The notes below the pieces were generated by a model. It did not search any database and had not been told where the DNA came from. It was given only the letters and a program-made list of their open reading frames with translations. From a bacterium (lineage in GTDB: Bacteria > Zixibacteria > MSB-5A5 > CAIYYT01): DNA of 64,000 nucleotides. The translations under genes were made by a program, and so were the position numbers. Each line of letters starts with the position of its first letter. Positions within the stretch are counted from its first letter, which is position 1. Location: assembly GCA_016708315.1 (NCBI GenBank), contig JADJGC010000004.1:74159-138158 (forward strand). Direction: 5' to 3'. Below, piece after piece: positions 20,890 through 33,122 of this stretch.

Positions 20890-21990
20890 ATGCACATCAC
20901 CCGCGTCAAATTGGTCAATTTCCGCAATATCGCTGACTTAGAATTCTCACCGGAGCCTTCGGTCAATCTCATCGGCGGACCCAATGGCGCCGGGAAGACC
21001 TCCATAATCGAAGCCATATTCTTCGGCTGCACTGCCCGGTCATTTCGCTCGGCAAGCGACGAGGTTCTACTGCGTAAAGGGGCAGACGTTTGCCGCATCG
21101 AGATTGATGGTGTGGTCAACGAACGCGAAACGACTGTCGAAATCGCCTGGGGACGCGCCCACAAACGCCAGATCAAGGTCGACGGCATCAAGTTGACGCG
21201 CGTCGCCGACTTGTTCGACTATTTCCACGCCGTTTCCTACATCCCCGAAGACACGGAATTGGTCTACGGAGCTCCCTCGGTACGTCGCCATTTGCTGGAT
21301 CTGTATCTTTCCCAAGCAGACAGATCATATCTCAATGACTTGTTCGAATACAATCGCATCCTCGCCCAACGCAACTCGTTGTTAAAGGAGTTCGAGATCG
21401 GCGAGGATTCTCCCACCGACTATGAGATGCTGGATGTCTGGGACGGCCAACTCGCCGGTGTGGGTGCTCGAATAAACGCCAAGCGCATTGGCATGATTGC
21501 CGACTCAGCCGAGCAATTGGCGCTATATTACCGCACGATTGAAGCCGGCGATAGCATCCTCTCCTGGAAGTATGAATCTTCCATCAATGACGACCCATCG
21601 TCGGCGACTGCGTTTCAACAGAAGCTTGTCTCATCGCGCCGCCGCGACCTCTATATGGGTTCGACGTCGGCAGGGCCACACCGCGACGATGTCAGCATCA
21701 ATCTCAATTCTGAGCCGATGCGCGGTTATGCCTCGCAGGGAGAAGCCAAATCGGCGGCTCTGGCGATTAAATTCGCCATTTATGGATTCTTAACCAAACG
21801 ATTGCACGGAGCGCCGATACTGCTTCTCGACGAAATCTCCAGCGATCTCGACCCAAACCGGCTTGCTTCATTGATGAGCACCTTGCCGAAACTTGGGCAA
21901 GTTTTTCTCACTACCGCCAAACCGGCCGAACTGCGGGAGACCGCATCAATACAGGCTGAAATCGCTGTTGTTGCAGGTAAGTTACAATAA
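20890..21990 (+). CDS. recF: DNA replication and repair protein RecF
   Basis: N-terminal Walker A GGPNGAGKTSIIEAI and a C-terminal ABC-type signature/D-loop region LLLDEISSDLD. Confidence 0.9.
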   Translation: MHITRVKLVNFRNIADLEFSPEPSVNLIGGPNGAGKTSIIEAIFFGCTARSFRSASDEVLLRKGADVCRIEIDGVVNERETTVEIAWGRAHKRQIKVDGIKLTRVADLFDYFHAVSYIPEDTELVYGAPSVRRHLLDLYLSQADRSYLNDLFEYNRILAQRNSLLKEFEIGEDSPTDYEMLDVWDGQLAGVGARINAKRIGMIADSAEQLALYYRTIEAGDSILSWKYESSINDDPSSATAFQQKLVSSRRRDLYMGSTSAGPHRDDVSINLNSEPMRGYASQGEAKSAALAIKFAIYGFLTKRLHGAPILLLDEISSDLDPNRLASLMSTLPKLGQVFLTTAKPAELRETASIQAEIAVVAGKLQ

Positions 21991-22153
21991 GCCGACAGTT
22001 GCAAACATCAAACATGGACTTCGTGGAACGCTTTTGCAATTCATTGAACGACAACGCGTTACAAAGACAAAAAAGCGCTTCCGGCGGGAGTTTTATCTTG
22101 CTTGTTGAGGTTACAAAATCGTATATTAATAGCTTATTTAGCGGTGGGAATTG

Positions 22154-22441
22154 ATGTTACGGCGCGCAGAATCTATCAACAAAGTCCTGAAACGGACAAT
22201 CACAAATCTCGGTTTGGACCGCAAAATCCGCGAGTTCGACGCCGTTCGCTTGTTCGCGGAAGTTGTTGGAGAGAAGATCGCGCAAAAGGCACAGGCAGTG
22301 AAGATTGATCGCGGCACGCTCACGGTGCGTGTGGCATCGTCGGCGTGGCGACAGGAACTCAACTACACCAAAGCTGAAATGATCGACAAAATCAACGCCG
22401 CATTAGGCGACAATATCGTTACTGATATCTATTTTACTTAA
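22154..22441 (+). CDS. DUF721 (DciA-like) protein, typical between recF and gyrB
   Basis: About 95 aa in the conserved position between recF and gyrB. Sequence ...GTLTVRVASSAWRQELNYTKAEMIDKIN... Confidence 0.65.
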   Translation: MLRRAESINKVLKRTITNLGLDRKIREFDAVRLFAEVVGEKIAQKAQAVKIDRGTLTVRVASSAWRQELNYTKAEMIDKINAALGDNIVTDIYFT

Positions 22442-22446
22442 GATAA

Positions 22447-24399
<1,953 letters not shown>

Positions 24400-24490
24400 A
24401 AAGTTTCAATGTGGGTTCGACTTCAGTCGAACATCCTGCCACAAGCGGGACGAGTTTTCGTAGGGGCGTGGTTTGCGCGCCCGGGTTTAT

Positions 24491-24537
24491 TCCCCTCTTG
24501 AGAGGGGTGGCTCCGAGCCGAAGAATGAGGCTCGGAG
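24491..24537. repeat. CCCCTC..GAGGGG hairpin (copy 4) followed by a second hairpin ctccgagccgaagaatgaggctcggag
   Basis: tcccctc at 24491-24497, gagagggg at 24500-24507, then a 10-bp-stem hairpin at 24508-24537. Located in the gyrB downstream gap. Confidence 0.5.
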
Positions 24538-24571
24538 ACGGGGTGTGTAGTTTCGAAATGGATGTCTACAG

Positions 24572-25408
24572 ATGAAAAGCGCAAACATGTTCGCAACATT
24601 TTTAAGAAGTCTCTTCCTTATGGCCTTCATGACTTCGATGCTGAGCGCTTCTGAAGTCCCAACATCGACTGCTTGGTCAGCCGACACTTTGAGAATTGTT
24701 TGCAGCAATCTGTTCGCTGTCGAAAGGACGGAGCGCGGTGGCTTCAACACGCTTGTTTCGATGCCTGAGGAGGGCAACCTCTTATATTCCCTTGCCCAGA
24801 AACACGAGTTGTTTCTAGATTATCTAGTGGATCATTGCGGATTCGATATCTCTACACTCCCCAATACGGAGGATAGTATCGAACTCAATCGCGCATTTCG
24901 TGAACGTCTTCAAGGCCATTCTGAGTTCAACGCGTGCCTGCTGCCGGTGCTGACAGGTTACCTAAAGAAGCAAGGTATCACCGTTAGAGATGTTGCCGCA
25001 ACAACTCTAGACACTTCGGCTTGGACATGGGCGGAGGTTATGCCCTTGGCATCGCGATTTGTGTACATCGATGGGCGGGATAGTGCACGACAATTGCAGA
25101 CACATGTCTGCACAGGTGAAAACGGCGTAGTCGCATATAGCGAGCGCAAAAACGTCTGGGTCGAGGCGATGGTCTTTGAGGCAATCATGAATGATCTGTT
25201 TAGCGAGGACTCACAAATCTACCCTGAATTTCTGAGTTTTGCAAAGTCGGTAAATCTGGTCGCCACGAGTGACGATTCTACTACTGCCGTTCTCCAGGTG
25301 CGAGAAGCGATGTTTGGACTTGTCGAAAAGAGCGCAGTATTCAAGAATGTTATCAACGAAGCATATACGAATATGAGCTACTTAATACCGCTGAAAATCA
25401 GTGAATAG
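24572..25408 (+). CDS. Hypothetical secreted protein inserted between gyrB and gyrA
   Basis: 278 aa ORF with a signal peptide MKSANMFATFLRSLFLMAFMTSMLSASEV. GC is visibly lower than in the flanking gyr genes. No recognisable domain. Confidence 0.5.
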   Translation: MKSANMFATFLRSLFLMAFMTSMLSASEVPTSTAWSADTLRIVCSNLFAVERTERGGFNTLVSMPEEGNLLYSLAQKHELFLDYLVDHCGFDISTLPNTEDSIELNRAFRERLQGHSEFNACLLPVLTGYLKKQGITVRDVAATTLDTSAWTWAEVMPLASRFVYIDGRDSARQLQTHVCTGENGVVAYSERKNVWVEAMVFEAIMNDLFSEDSQIYPEFLSFAKSVNLVATSDDSTTAVLQVREAMFGLVEKSAVFKNVINEAYTNMSYLIPLKISE

Positions 25409-25440
25409 GAATTTGTCTTTCATTGGAGATATAAATAACC

Positions 25441-27909
25441 ATGGTACTTAACCGCGAAAATCTAATTTCGGTCTATCTCGAAGAGGAGATGAAATCCTCC
25501 TACCTCGACTATTCCATGTCCGTCATCACATCGCGCGCACTGCCCGATGTCCGCGACGGCCTCAAACCATCCAATCGCCGCATCCTGATTGCGATGAACG
25601 ACCTCAACCTCGCCCCCGATCGCCCGCATCGTAAATGCGCCAAGATCTGCGGCGACACCTCGGGTAACTACCACCCGCACGGCGAACAGGTCGTTTATCC
25701 CACGCTGGTGCGTATGGCGCAGGATTTCAACATGCGCTACCCGCTCGTCGACGGCCAGGGCAACTTCGGCTCGGTCGACGGCGACGACGCCGCCGCCATG
25801 CGATACACCGAAGCGCGCCTCACGCCGATTGCGATGGAGATGCTCGCCGATCTCGAAAAAGACACTGTCGATTTCATGCCCAACTATGACGAGACTTTGC
25901 GCGAGCCGAGAGTGCTTCCCGCGAAGTTCCCGAACCTGCTCTGCAATGGTTCATCGGGTATCGCTGTCGGTATGGCGACCAACATCCCGCCGCACAACTT
26001 GCGCGAAATCGTCGACGCACTGGTGGCGGTGATCGACAATCCGGCAATCGACACTGAAGTTCTTCTCAAATACGTCTCCGGTCCCGATTTCCCGACCGGC
26101 GGCATCATCTACGGCCGCGACGGCATCCGCGATGCCTATCGCACCGGCCGTGGACGCATCAATGTCCGCGCCAAAGCCAATGTCGAGAAACTCAAGAACG
26201 GTAAAGAACAAATCGTCGTTTCCGAAATTCCCTATCAGGTCAACAAATCCAACCTGATCGAAAAGATCGCCGACCTCGTCCGCAACAAGATCGTCGAAGA
26301 CATCTCCGACCTGCGCGACGAATCCGATCGCGACGGCATGCGCATCGTCATCGAACTTAAACGCGATGTCCAACCGCAGATCGTGCTCAACCAGCTCTTC
26401 AAGCACACGCAGATGCAATCGACATTCGGCGTGATCATGATCTCGCTCGTCGACGGCGCACCAAAAGTATTGCCGCTTCGCTCGATGCTCGAAGAGTTCA
26501 TCAAGCACCGCCACGAAGTCGTCATCAGACGCGCCAAGTTCGATCTCAAGAAAGCCGAAGACCGCGCCCATATCCTCGAAGGACTGCGCATCGCGCTCGA
26601 TCATATCGACGCTGTCATCGCGACGATTCGCTCTTCCAAGACTGTTCCGGAAGCCAAAGATAATTTGATGTCGCGCTTCAGGCTTTCCGAAATTCAGGCG
26701 CAGGCAATTCTGGAAATGCGCCTCCAGCGCCTCACCGGACTCGAACGCCAGAAGATCGAAGACGAGTACCGCGACCTCATCCAGCAGATCGAATATCTCA
26801 AATCCGTCCTCGCCAGTCAGGATATGCGCATGCAGATCATCAAGACTGAACTGATTGAGATGAAGGACAAGTACGGCGACGAGCGCCGCACCGAGATCGT
26901 CGACGCCGAGGAAGAAATCTCCATCGAAGATCTCATCGCCGAAGAGGACATGGTCATCACCATCAGCCATCAGGGCTACATCAAGCGCCTCTCAACCTCT
27001 GCCTACCGCAAACAAAATCGCGGCGGCCGCGGCGTGAAGGGAATTGATGTCAAGGAAGAAGATTTCGTCGAGCATCTGTTCATCGCCTCGACGCACGACT
27101 ACATTCTCTTCTTCTCGACCAAGGGCAAAGCCTATTGGATCAAAGTCCACGAGGTCCCCACCGGCGGCAAACTCGCCAAAGGCAAACCGGTCGTCAACAT
27201 GGTTGATCTTTCCGAAGGCGAAAAGATCTGCGCCTTCCAGCCGGTGCGCAGTTTTGAAGAAGGCAAATTCGTCGTCATGGCGACCCGCAACGGCGTCATC
27301 AAGAAGACCGACCTGTCGGCATTCTCGAATCCGCGCCGCGACGGCATCAAAGCCATCGACATCCCGGATGACGACATTCTCATCGAGGTCGACATCTCCG
27401 ACGGCAACCACGACATCATTCTCGCCACCCACGAGGGCCAGGCGATTCGCTTCGAGGAAAACAAGGTCCGCGCCATGGGCCGCACGGCTTACGGTGTCAA
27501 GGGCATTGAGCTCGAGAAGAAGGACTACGTCGTCGGCATGATCGTGGTCAAACGCGACACGTCGATTCTGACCGTCTCCGAACTCGGCTTCGGCAAGCGC
27601 TCCGAAATCTCGGAATACCGCGTCACCAACCGTGGCGGCAAGGGCATCATCAACATGAAGACGACCGACAAGACCGGCAACGTAATCGCCGTCAAGGAAG
27701 TTGTCGATCAGGACGGTTTGATGATCATCACCGAGAAGGGCATTGTCATTCGTCAGGACATCAAGTCGATTCGCGTGATTGGCCGCGCCACCCAAGGCGT
27801 CAAGCTGATCAATCTCGAATCCGGCGACCGTGTCACTGATGTCGCCCGCATCATCGCCGAAGACGACGAACCCGGCGACAATGGCGACCAAGCCGAACTG
27901 GAAGTGTAG
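25441..27909 (+). CDS. gyrA: DNA gyrase subunit A
   Basis: 822 aa. N-terminus [27 protein letters not shown], active-site tyrosine region, and C-terminal beta-pinwheel repeats. Confidence 0.97.
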   Translation: MVLNRENLISVYLEEEMKSSYLDYSMSVITSRALPDVRDGLKPSNRRILIAMNDLNLAPDRPHRKCAKICGDTSGNYHPHGEQVVYPTLVRMAQDFNMRYPLVDGQGNFGSVDGDDAAAMRYTEARLTPIAMEMLADLEKDTVDFMPNYDETLREPRVLPAKFPNLLCNGSSGIAVGMATNIPPHNLREIVDALVAVIDNPAIDTEVLLKYVSGPDFPTGGIIYGRDGIRDAYRTGRGRINVRAKANVEKLKNGKEQIVVSEIPYQVNKSNLIEKIADLVRNKIVEDISDLRDESDRDGMRIVIELKRDVQPQIVLNQLFKHTQMQSTFGVIMISLVDGAPKVLPLRSMLEEFIKHRHEVVIRRAKFDLKKAEDRAHILEGLRIALDHIDAVIATIRSSKTVPEAKDNLMSRFRLSEIQAQAILEMRLQRLTGLERQKIEDEYRDLIQQIEYLKSVLASQDMRMQIIKTELIEMKDKYGDERRTEIVDAEEEISIEDLIAEEDMVITISHQGYIKRLSTSAYRKQNRGGRGVKGIDVKEEDFVEHLFIASTHDYILFFSTKGKAYWIKVHEVPTGGKLAKGKPVVNMVDLSEGEKICAFQPVRSFEEGKFVVMATRNGVIKKTDLSAFSNPRRDGIKAIDIPDDDILIEVDISDGNHDIILATHEGQAIRFEENKVRAMGRTAYGVKGIELEKKDYVVGMIVVKRDTSILTVSELGFGKRSEISEYRVTNRGGKGIINMKTTDKTGNVIAVKEVVDQDGLMIITEKGIVIRQDIKSIRVIGRATQGVKLINLESGDRVTDVARIIAEDDEPGDNGDQAELEV

Positions 27910-27920
27910 TTAGTTCTTAC

Positions 27921-27950
27921 ACGGGCGCTCTTCACCGGGCGCCCGTTTTG
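27921..27950 (+). terminator. Rho-independent terminator after gyrA
   Basis: Stem acgggcgc / gcgcccgt followed by tttt. Confidence 0.6.
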
Positions 27951-28548
27951 ATTCATAGTGTAGATTCTACGCCCTGTAATTCCCGCCAAGGGTCCCTTTG
28001 GGACGAAAGCGGCTGCCGAAGGCGTCCAGGTTTGTAGGGGCGCGGTATCCGCGCCCGAATTGGGGTAACAAGAAATGTCTGACGCACTTGATTTCTTACA
28101 ACCAATCATTGAACACCAATACGCCAAAGAATGGCGGGATTACAAAATGCGGGGCACAATCTTGGTGCTCCTCTTTATAGGCTATCTTCCCTTTGGGATT
28201 CTTATCGATTTCACATGGCTGACTTGTTCTTAGGTAGTCAATCAGATTTATTCAAGAGGCGATAAGGCTGCTTTCAGTTGGATACTGACCTTTTGGCATC
28301 GCTAAGGCTGGCACAATTGAAGGAGCAGGTCGAGCACTACTAGCGTTAGCCCAAATTCTTAAAGCTACAATTGAGGGCCGACCGATCGATACGTCAGCAA
28401 TTAACAACAAGGAACTAGGAGAGTTACGTCCTGTCATCGATTTTACTCTATCCTACAACCACGATATTCAAATGCTATCGCAGGAAATGTTCACGGAACT
28501 GAATGGCTGCTACGGCGATATTTTGACCCCTTCTAGACCGCCGTCAGA

Positions 28549-28999
28549 TTGAGCTACAAACGATCAAGAATACAAATTGCTAAGGCCGACAGCATAAACC
28601 ATCACATGAAAAGAGACTTGTCGACCGAATCGATACTGGAAGGGCTCTTTGAGATTGACGATAACTTCCGTGTAAATTTCGTTGGTGGATTTGATGAGAG
28701 CCAAGCAGAACCAAAATCAAAATCGACGAGTTGTTTTCGAACCGAGACAGAATTCGCGCCTGGATGGGAGGATGCAATTCCTATTGAACCGACAAGGTAC
28801 GTATCGTCTCGAGAATGGCCAGCTTGTCTTTGACACGGAAGCTAATCTCCTTGGCTACAATCAGTTTGTCGACCAAGTTCACGCACTTTCGGATGAACAT
28901 GAAGCGTGGTTAAAAGGTGCTCAACAGCTTGAATCAAAGGTTGCGAATTCGCGAAAAATGAGGCGTTTCTCAGAAAATTTCCGCAGCTTAGGACTGTAG
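28549..28999 (+). pseudogene. Decayed gene remnant: two overlapping ORFs in different frames, no recognisable domain
   Basis: The ORFs 28549..28833 and 28682..28999 together read like one protein broken by a frameshift. The surrounding 2 kb (27.95-30.0 kb) has no ORF longer than 110 codons. Confidence 0.3.
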
Positions 29000-29804
29000 T
29001 CAGGCTTGCAGTACGGCACCAATCGACGCAAATGCTGAATGAGGAGTGTTAAATGGATGGGCAACTAAGTGAGCCCGGTTGAGGATGGACATGAGGTTTC
29101 GAGTAACCGAGCACCAGATATCGAGTCTGCCGTCTCCGAGTTGTTCGAACGGCAAGATCGGTGTCTGAACACCGATTCTTTCTAACTATTCTTCAACTTC
29201 TCGCATTCGTTCCAGACGGTCGAAAAAGTGGCCTGACGGACGGCCAAAGCGTGACCTCTGACCGGTTCCTGGTTGGGAATGAGCAGTTTTGCGAATTCAT
29301 TTCTGCTTTGGCAGCTACAGACTTGTCAGAAACAGAGACAGATTCAGAGCGTAATTTCTTAAGGGATTGCAGATGCTCGCATACTCACAGTTCTGGGAAC
29401 TCCTTGAAATTCAGACGTTGCTTCTACAGTTGTCATTGATTGCGAACAATGAACAATATGATCCGAATCTCAGGAGGGATTCGCAGGCTCGTGTTTAATG
29501 GGGACAGATCATCAAAGAAGCAAGAGCTGATTTGAAGATTGGAAGTATTACACTTTCGTCAGTCAATTTCATAGCAGATTTGGTGAGCTTGAATGGATGA
29601 GGACGACAAATGATATTCGTCAAGGCTTAAAATGGACACCTCTTTGCAGACACGCTGAAGTTTGTATCCTCTTTGTTTGCTGTCAGAAGGAACGCAGAAG
29701 AGAATCTAATTGAAAAATGCCCATTTAAGTTCCGGTGTTCTCGATTGGGCGAATTTCGGTTTGTGGACAACTGCTGATGAAGTCGTCTAACCCCACCTTC
29801 TCTT

Positions 29805-29877
29805 CCCTCCACGCCTCCGGCTGTTTCATCATCCTCAATCCCTGGGACATCGGCTCGGCGAAGATTCGGCAATCTAT
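29805..29877 (+). repeat. Left copy of an imperfect ~70 bp direct repeat: a decayed duplicate of the 5' end of gene 33123..33959
   Basis: ccctccacgcctccggctgtttcatcatcc is identical to 33165-33194, and the next ~40 nt differ at ~5 positions. It translates to ...SLHASGCFIILNPWDIGSAKI followed by a stop. Confidence 0.75.
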
Positions 29878-30080
29878 GCCTCTCTTGCGAAAGTAGCGAC
29901 CATGCGGTTTGGGCGTGAGAGTTTCCAATAGTAATTCTCCTTGACATCACCGCCTTTTGAATCTACTCTTGAGTACTGGCGCGACTCAGAGTATCGAATT
30001 GCTCAATATTGACTTGCTTCTCCCGTGCCGGAGCTAACTTGAATTTAATCAGAATCGATTCAGAGGAATGGGAGGGTACC

Positions 30081-33065
30081 ATGCAGAATCGCTATTGGTT
30101 GACTGTGATGTCACTTCTCGCGGTCATATGGCAGTCAATTCTGATCGCAGCACCTGCGGTTCAGGAAACAGGCGAATTGAAATTCAAAGATGCCTATTGG
30201 GACAGTATCGGCGGCAGCTACCCGCCTGGAACCGATTTTGTTTTTCTTCAGTTGAATGACCCTGACGCGAACGACTATTCAACCGCTTCGGACAGCGTGA
30301 TAATTATGATCGAATGCGAAACTGGGGACATGGAGAGCATTTTCCTGTCCGAAACTTCTATCAACAGTGGAATTTTCAGGGGCGCTCTCCCACTAGTTTT
30401 AGAGACCTCGAAATTTCTAAGTCACCTGAAGCACAAGTATCCCGAGGGCTTTCCTCGAGAGGACAGTGACGGAACGCTTATCGCTGAAGAACTGTCAGAG
30501 TACGAAGGAATGACCCGCGTAAAGAATCTGGCAATTGGAGACGGCGCGCTCCAGGTGTCGGCAGGTAGCAGCGTGATTGCCACATACCATGATGCTCTCA
30601 ACGATTGGGGAGTTGAAGAAGATATCTCAGTGCAAGTGATTTATGGCGGCTGGGAGGGATACGTCAGTGGAACCTGGAACGCAGAGAACAGCCCCTATGT
30701 TGTCGTAGGGGATGTTATCGTTGGCTATGGGTATAGTCTGACACTTGCTCCGAGTACAAGGGTCGAGTTTATGCAAGACGCGTCTTTGAGAATTGACCAG
30801 GGCGCAACGTTGCAGATCTCCGGGGCGCTTGACGATAGCGTCTACCTCGTATCAAAGGTCGACAATCCTGCCGACTCAGAGTTTTGGGGGGGAGTTATTC
30901 TTGGCTTCTACGCTTCGTCACCTCTGAATGTTGATATCTCATATGCCGTAGTCGAACATGCTCGGCTCGGTCTAGATCTGTCTGGTGGATCCCCCACCAT
31001 CTCCGACAGCCGAGTCTCCTATTGCGGCGATAATGACAGTTATTACAGCAATCGGGCAGTTTTTGTGAACGGACCTTATCAGATTAGCGACTGCGTGATC
31101 GAGAATAATTACGGAGATGGGCTGTTAATCGGATCAGATCAGGGCAGCATTATAGGAGGAGCGATTCGTAATAATTATGGAAATGGCATTGTGGTGAATG
31201 GAGGCCCCGCAGTTATAACTGGAGTGAGCGTCTTGAAAAACGGAGGCAATGGCATCCTGATTCAAACCTATGGCCCGACGAATCAGCCCACTATTCACCA
31301 ATGCGAGCTGTTCGATAATTCTGAATTTGACGTTATGACAAATGCGAGCAATGATGTCGATGCCAGATTCAATTGGTGGGGAGATGCCACAACCGCTGAA
31401 ATAAATACCGGACCCAATCCGAAAAATCTCTCAAGGATAAGCGACTATTTTGACTACTCTTATCGGGGCAAAATCAAGTATGGCGGCTGCGTATCTTGTC
31501 CTCCGGCTGGCTCGTCCGGCATATTGTCCTTTGCTGACTCCTTTGGTAACGATCTTTCCAGCAGTTACGCGCCACTGACTGATTCTGCTTTTGTTAAACT
31601 TAACGATGATGACCTGAATGTAAATCCTGCTGTTTCTGAGAGCGTCACAGTCAGCATCACCACAGACTCCGGTGATGACGAGTTCCTAGTGCTATACGAG
31701 AGAGACAGCAACAACTCCGAATTTCGCGGCAGCATTGCCTTTGACTTGCTGGTCACGAAGTTGGTCAAAGGAATTCACGAGAACTATACTGAAGGACCGA
31801 GTTCAGATTCAGAGTTCCAAAGGGCGGTGGACGAGCAATTGACGCTTCAAAACGAATCAACTAACTCTATGCGCGCGGATAATGACGGTGCGCTTCAAAT
31901 ATCTCCCGGCGAGAAAATCATTGTCGAGTATGTCGACGCATTGAATGAATGGGGTTCACCTGAGGCTATCCAAGACGTGGTGCTCTATGGCGGTTGGGCA
32001 GGCTATGTAAGCGGCGTCTGGCCTAAGAGCAACAATCCATACGTAGTTGTCGGAGACATAAGGATCGGACCGGGATACAGCCTTACTATTGAAGCAGGGG
32101 CAGTAATCAAGTTCATGCCCTTTGCTTCGCTGTTGGTTTCTGAGTCCGCAACCTTGCGAGTGTTGGGCAACCAAACTGACAGTGTTGTATTCGCAGCATA
32201 CTACTCTTCTCCCGCTGACTCGCAAATCTGGGGTGGAATCCAAACGACTGGCTCGAGCTATCGACCGAGCAAGATGGAAATCTCTCATGCGGTCGTCACG
32301 TATGCCAGAAGCGGCATCAGAGCCACAGGCGGAGGAGGTACTTTCAAACTCCAGCATTCGCGAGTAGCAAACTGCGGCAGTAACTACTACTATGGGGGAG
32401 AGCAGGGCGTCTATGCTAACTCACCCCTTGAAATCAGCGATTGCATTCTCACAAACAATCTCGGGGACGGACTAGTTGTGTCCGGGGCTTCGGGGACAGT
32501 GAAAGATTGTGAGATGAGTTTCAACTCGAACGCAGGTATTCAAATTCAAGACAGCAAGATTGCTTTTGAGCGCGTCAGTGCCATCAAGAATCTACAGGAC
32601 GGAGTAAGATTCTCGTACTCTTACAATGACGCCGATCTTCCGACCTTCCACCATTGTCACCTTTACGATAACACGCTATGGGACTTCTACAATGGTTCCA
32701 ATCTCGACATCGATGCGAAATACAATTGGTGGGGCGAAGCAACGACAATCGAAATGCGCAATGGCTCTAATCCAAAGAACATTACAAAGATCTATGATGA
32801 ATTCGACAATAGTTACAGCGGAATAGTGAAGTATGGAGGATGGATGAACTTCCCGTACGTGAAGGGAGACATCAACGGGGATTATCAGTTGGACATTTCT
32901 GACGTCGTTGGGCTTATCAGCTATTTGTATGCGGGTGGAGCAGTACCCGACCCAATAGAGGCAGGAGACTGCAATTGCGACGGTAGAATCAATTTGACTG
33001 ATATTGTGTTTACGATTAATTATGTCTTTGCCGGAGGACCAGAGCCGGGTTCAACATGTCCATAA
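30081..33065 (+). CDS. Giant secreted protein: two tandem ~430-aa modules (Ig-like domain, beta-helix, NWWG region) plus a C-terminal dockerin-like module
   Basis: The likely start is the ATG at 30081 (MQNRYWLTVMSLLAVIWQSILIAAPAVQ signal peptide); the ORF opens at 30009. Module 1 is about aa 150-585 and module 2 about aa 600-1000, roughly 45% identical. C-terminus GDINGDYQLDISDVVGLISYLYAGG...GDCNCDGRINLTDIVFTINYVFAGGPEPGSTCP. Confidence 0.7.
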   Translation: MQNRYWLTVMSLLAVIWQSILIAAPAVQETGELKFKDAYWDSIGGSYPPGTDFVFLQLNDPDANDYSTASDSVIIMIECETGDMESIFLSETSINSGIFRGALPLVLETSKFLSHLKHKYPEGFPREDSDGTLIAEELSEYEGMTRVKNLAIGDGALQVSAGSSVIATYHDALNDWGVEEDISVQVIYGGWEGYVSGTWNAENSPYVVVGDVIVGYGYSLTLAPSTRVEFMQDASLRIDQGATLQISGALDDSVYLVSKVDNPADSEFWGGVILGFYASSPLNVDISYAVVEHARLGLDLSGGSPTISDSRVSYCGDNDSYYSNRAVFVNGPYQISDCVIENNYGDGLLIGSDQGSIIGGAIRNNYGNGIVVNGGPAVITGVSVLKNGGNGILIQTYGPTNQPTIHQCELFDNSEFDVMTNASNDVDARFNWWGDATTAEINTGPNPKNLSRISDYFDYSYRGKIKYGGCVSCPPAGSSGILSFADSFGNDLSSSYAPLTDSAFVKLNDDDLNVNPAVSESVTVSITTDSGDDEFLVLYERDSNNSEFRGSIAFDLLVTKLVKGIHENYTEGPSSDSEFQRAVDEQLTLQNESTNSMRADNDGALQISPGEKIIVEYVDALNEWGSPEAIQDVVLYGGWAGYVSGVWPKSNNPYVVVGDIRIGPGYSLTIEAGAVIKFMPFASLLVSESATLRVLGNQTDSVVFAAYYSSPADSQIWGGIQTTGSSYRPSKMEISHAVVTYARSGIRATGGGGTFKLQHSRVANCGSNYYYGGEQGVYANSPLEISDCILTNNLGDGLVVSGASGTVKDCEMSFNSNAGIQIQDSKIAFERVSAIKNLQDGVRFSYSYNDADLPTFHHCHLYDNTLWDFYNGSNLDIDAKYNWWGEATTIEMRNGSNPKNITKIYDEFDNSYSGIVKYGGWMNFPYVKGDINGDYQLDISDVVGLISYLYAGGAVPDPIEAGDCNCDGRINLTDIVFTINYVFAGGPEPGSTCP

Positions 33066-33122
33066 GACCAACGGATTCCAAATCCTGAACTGAAAACGTG
33101 CAATTGAAGCGACGAAGTAATC

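Noticed and set aside
24414-24436. gggttcgacttcagtcgaac, superficially like a tRNA T-arm (GGTTCGA)
   Set aside because: It is only a simple 7-bp-stem hairpin. No acceptor, D-arm or anticodon-arm structure can be built around it. No tRNA genes were found in the window.
28000-30000. Possible structured RNA (RNase P RNA, tmRNA, SRP RNA, group II intron) in the 2-kb ORF-poor region
   Set aside because: None of the conserved cores of these RNAs were found. Their absence is hard to prove by eye, so this remains unexplained low-coding DNA with gene remnants.
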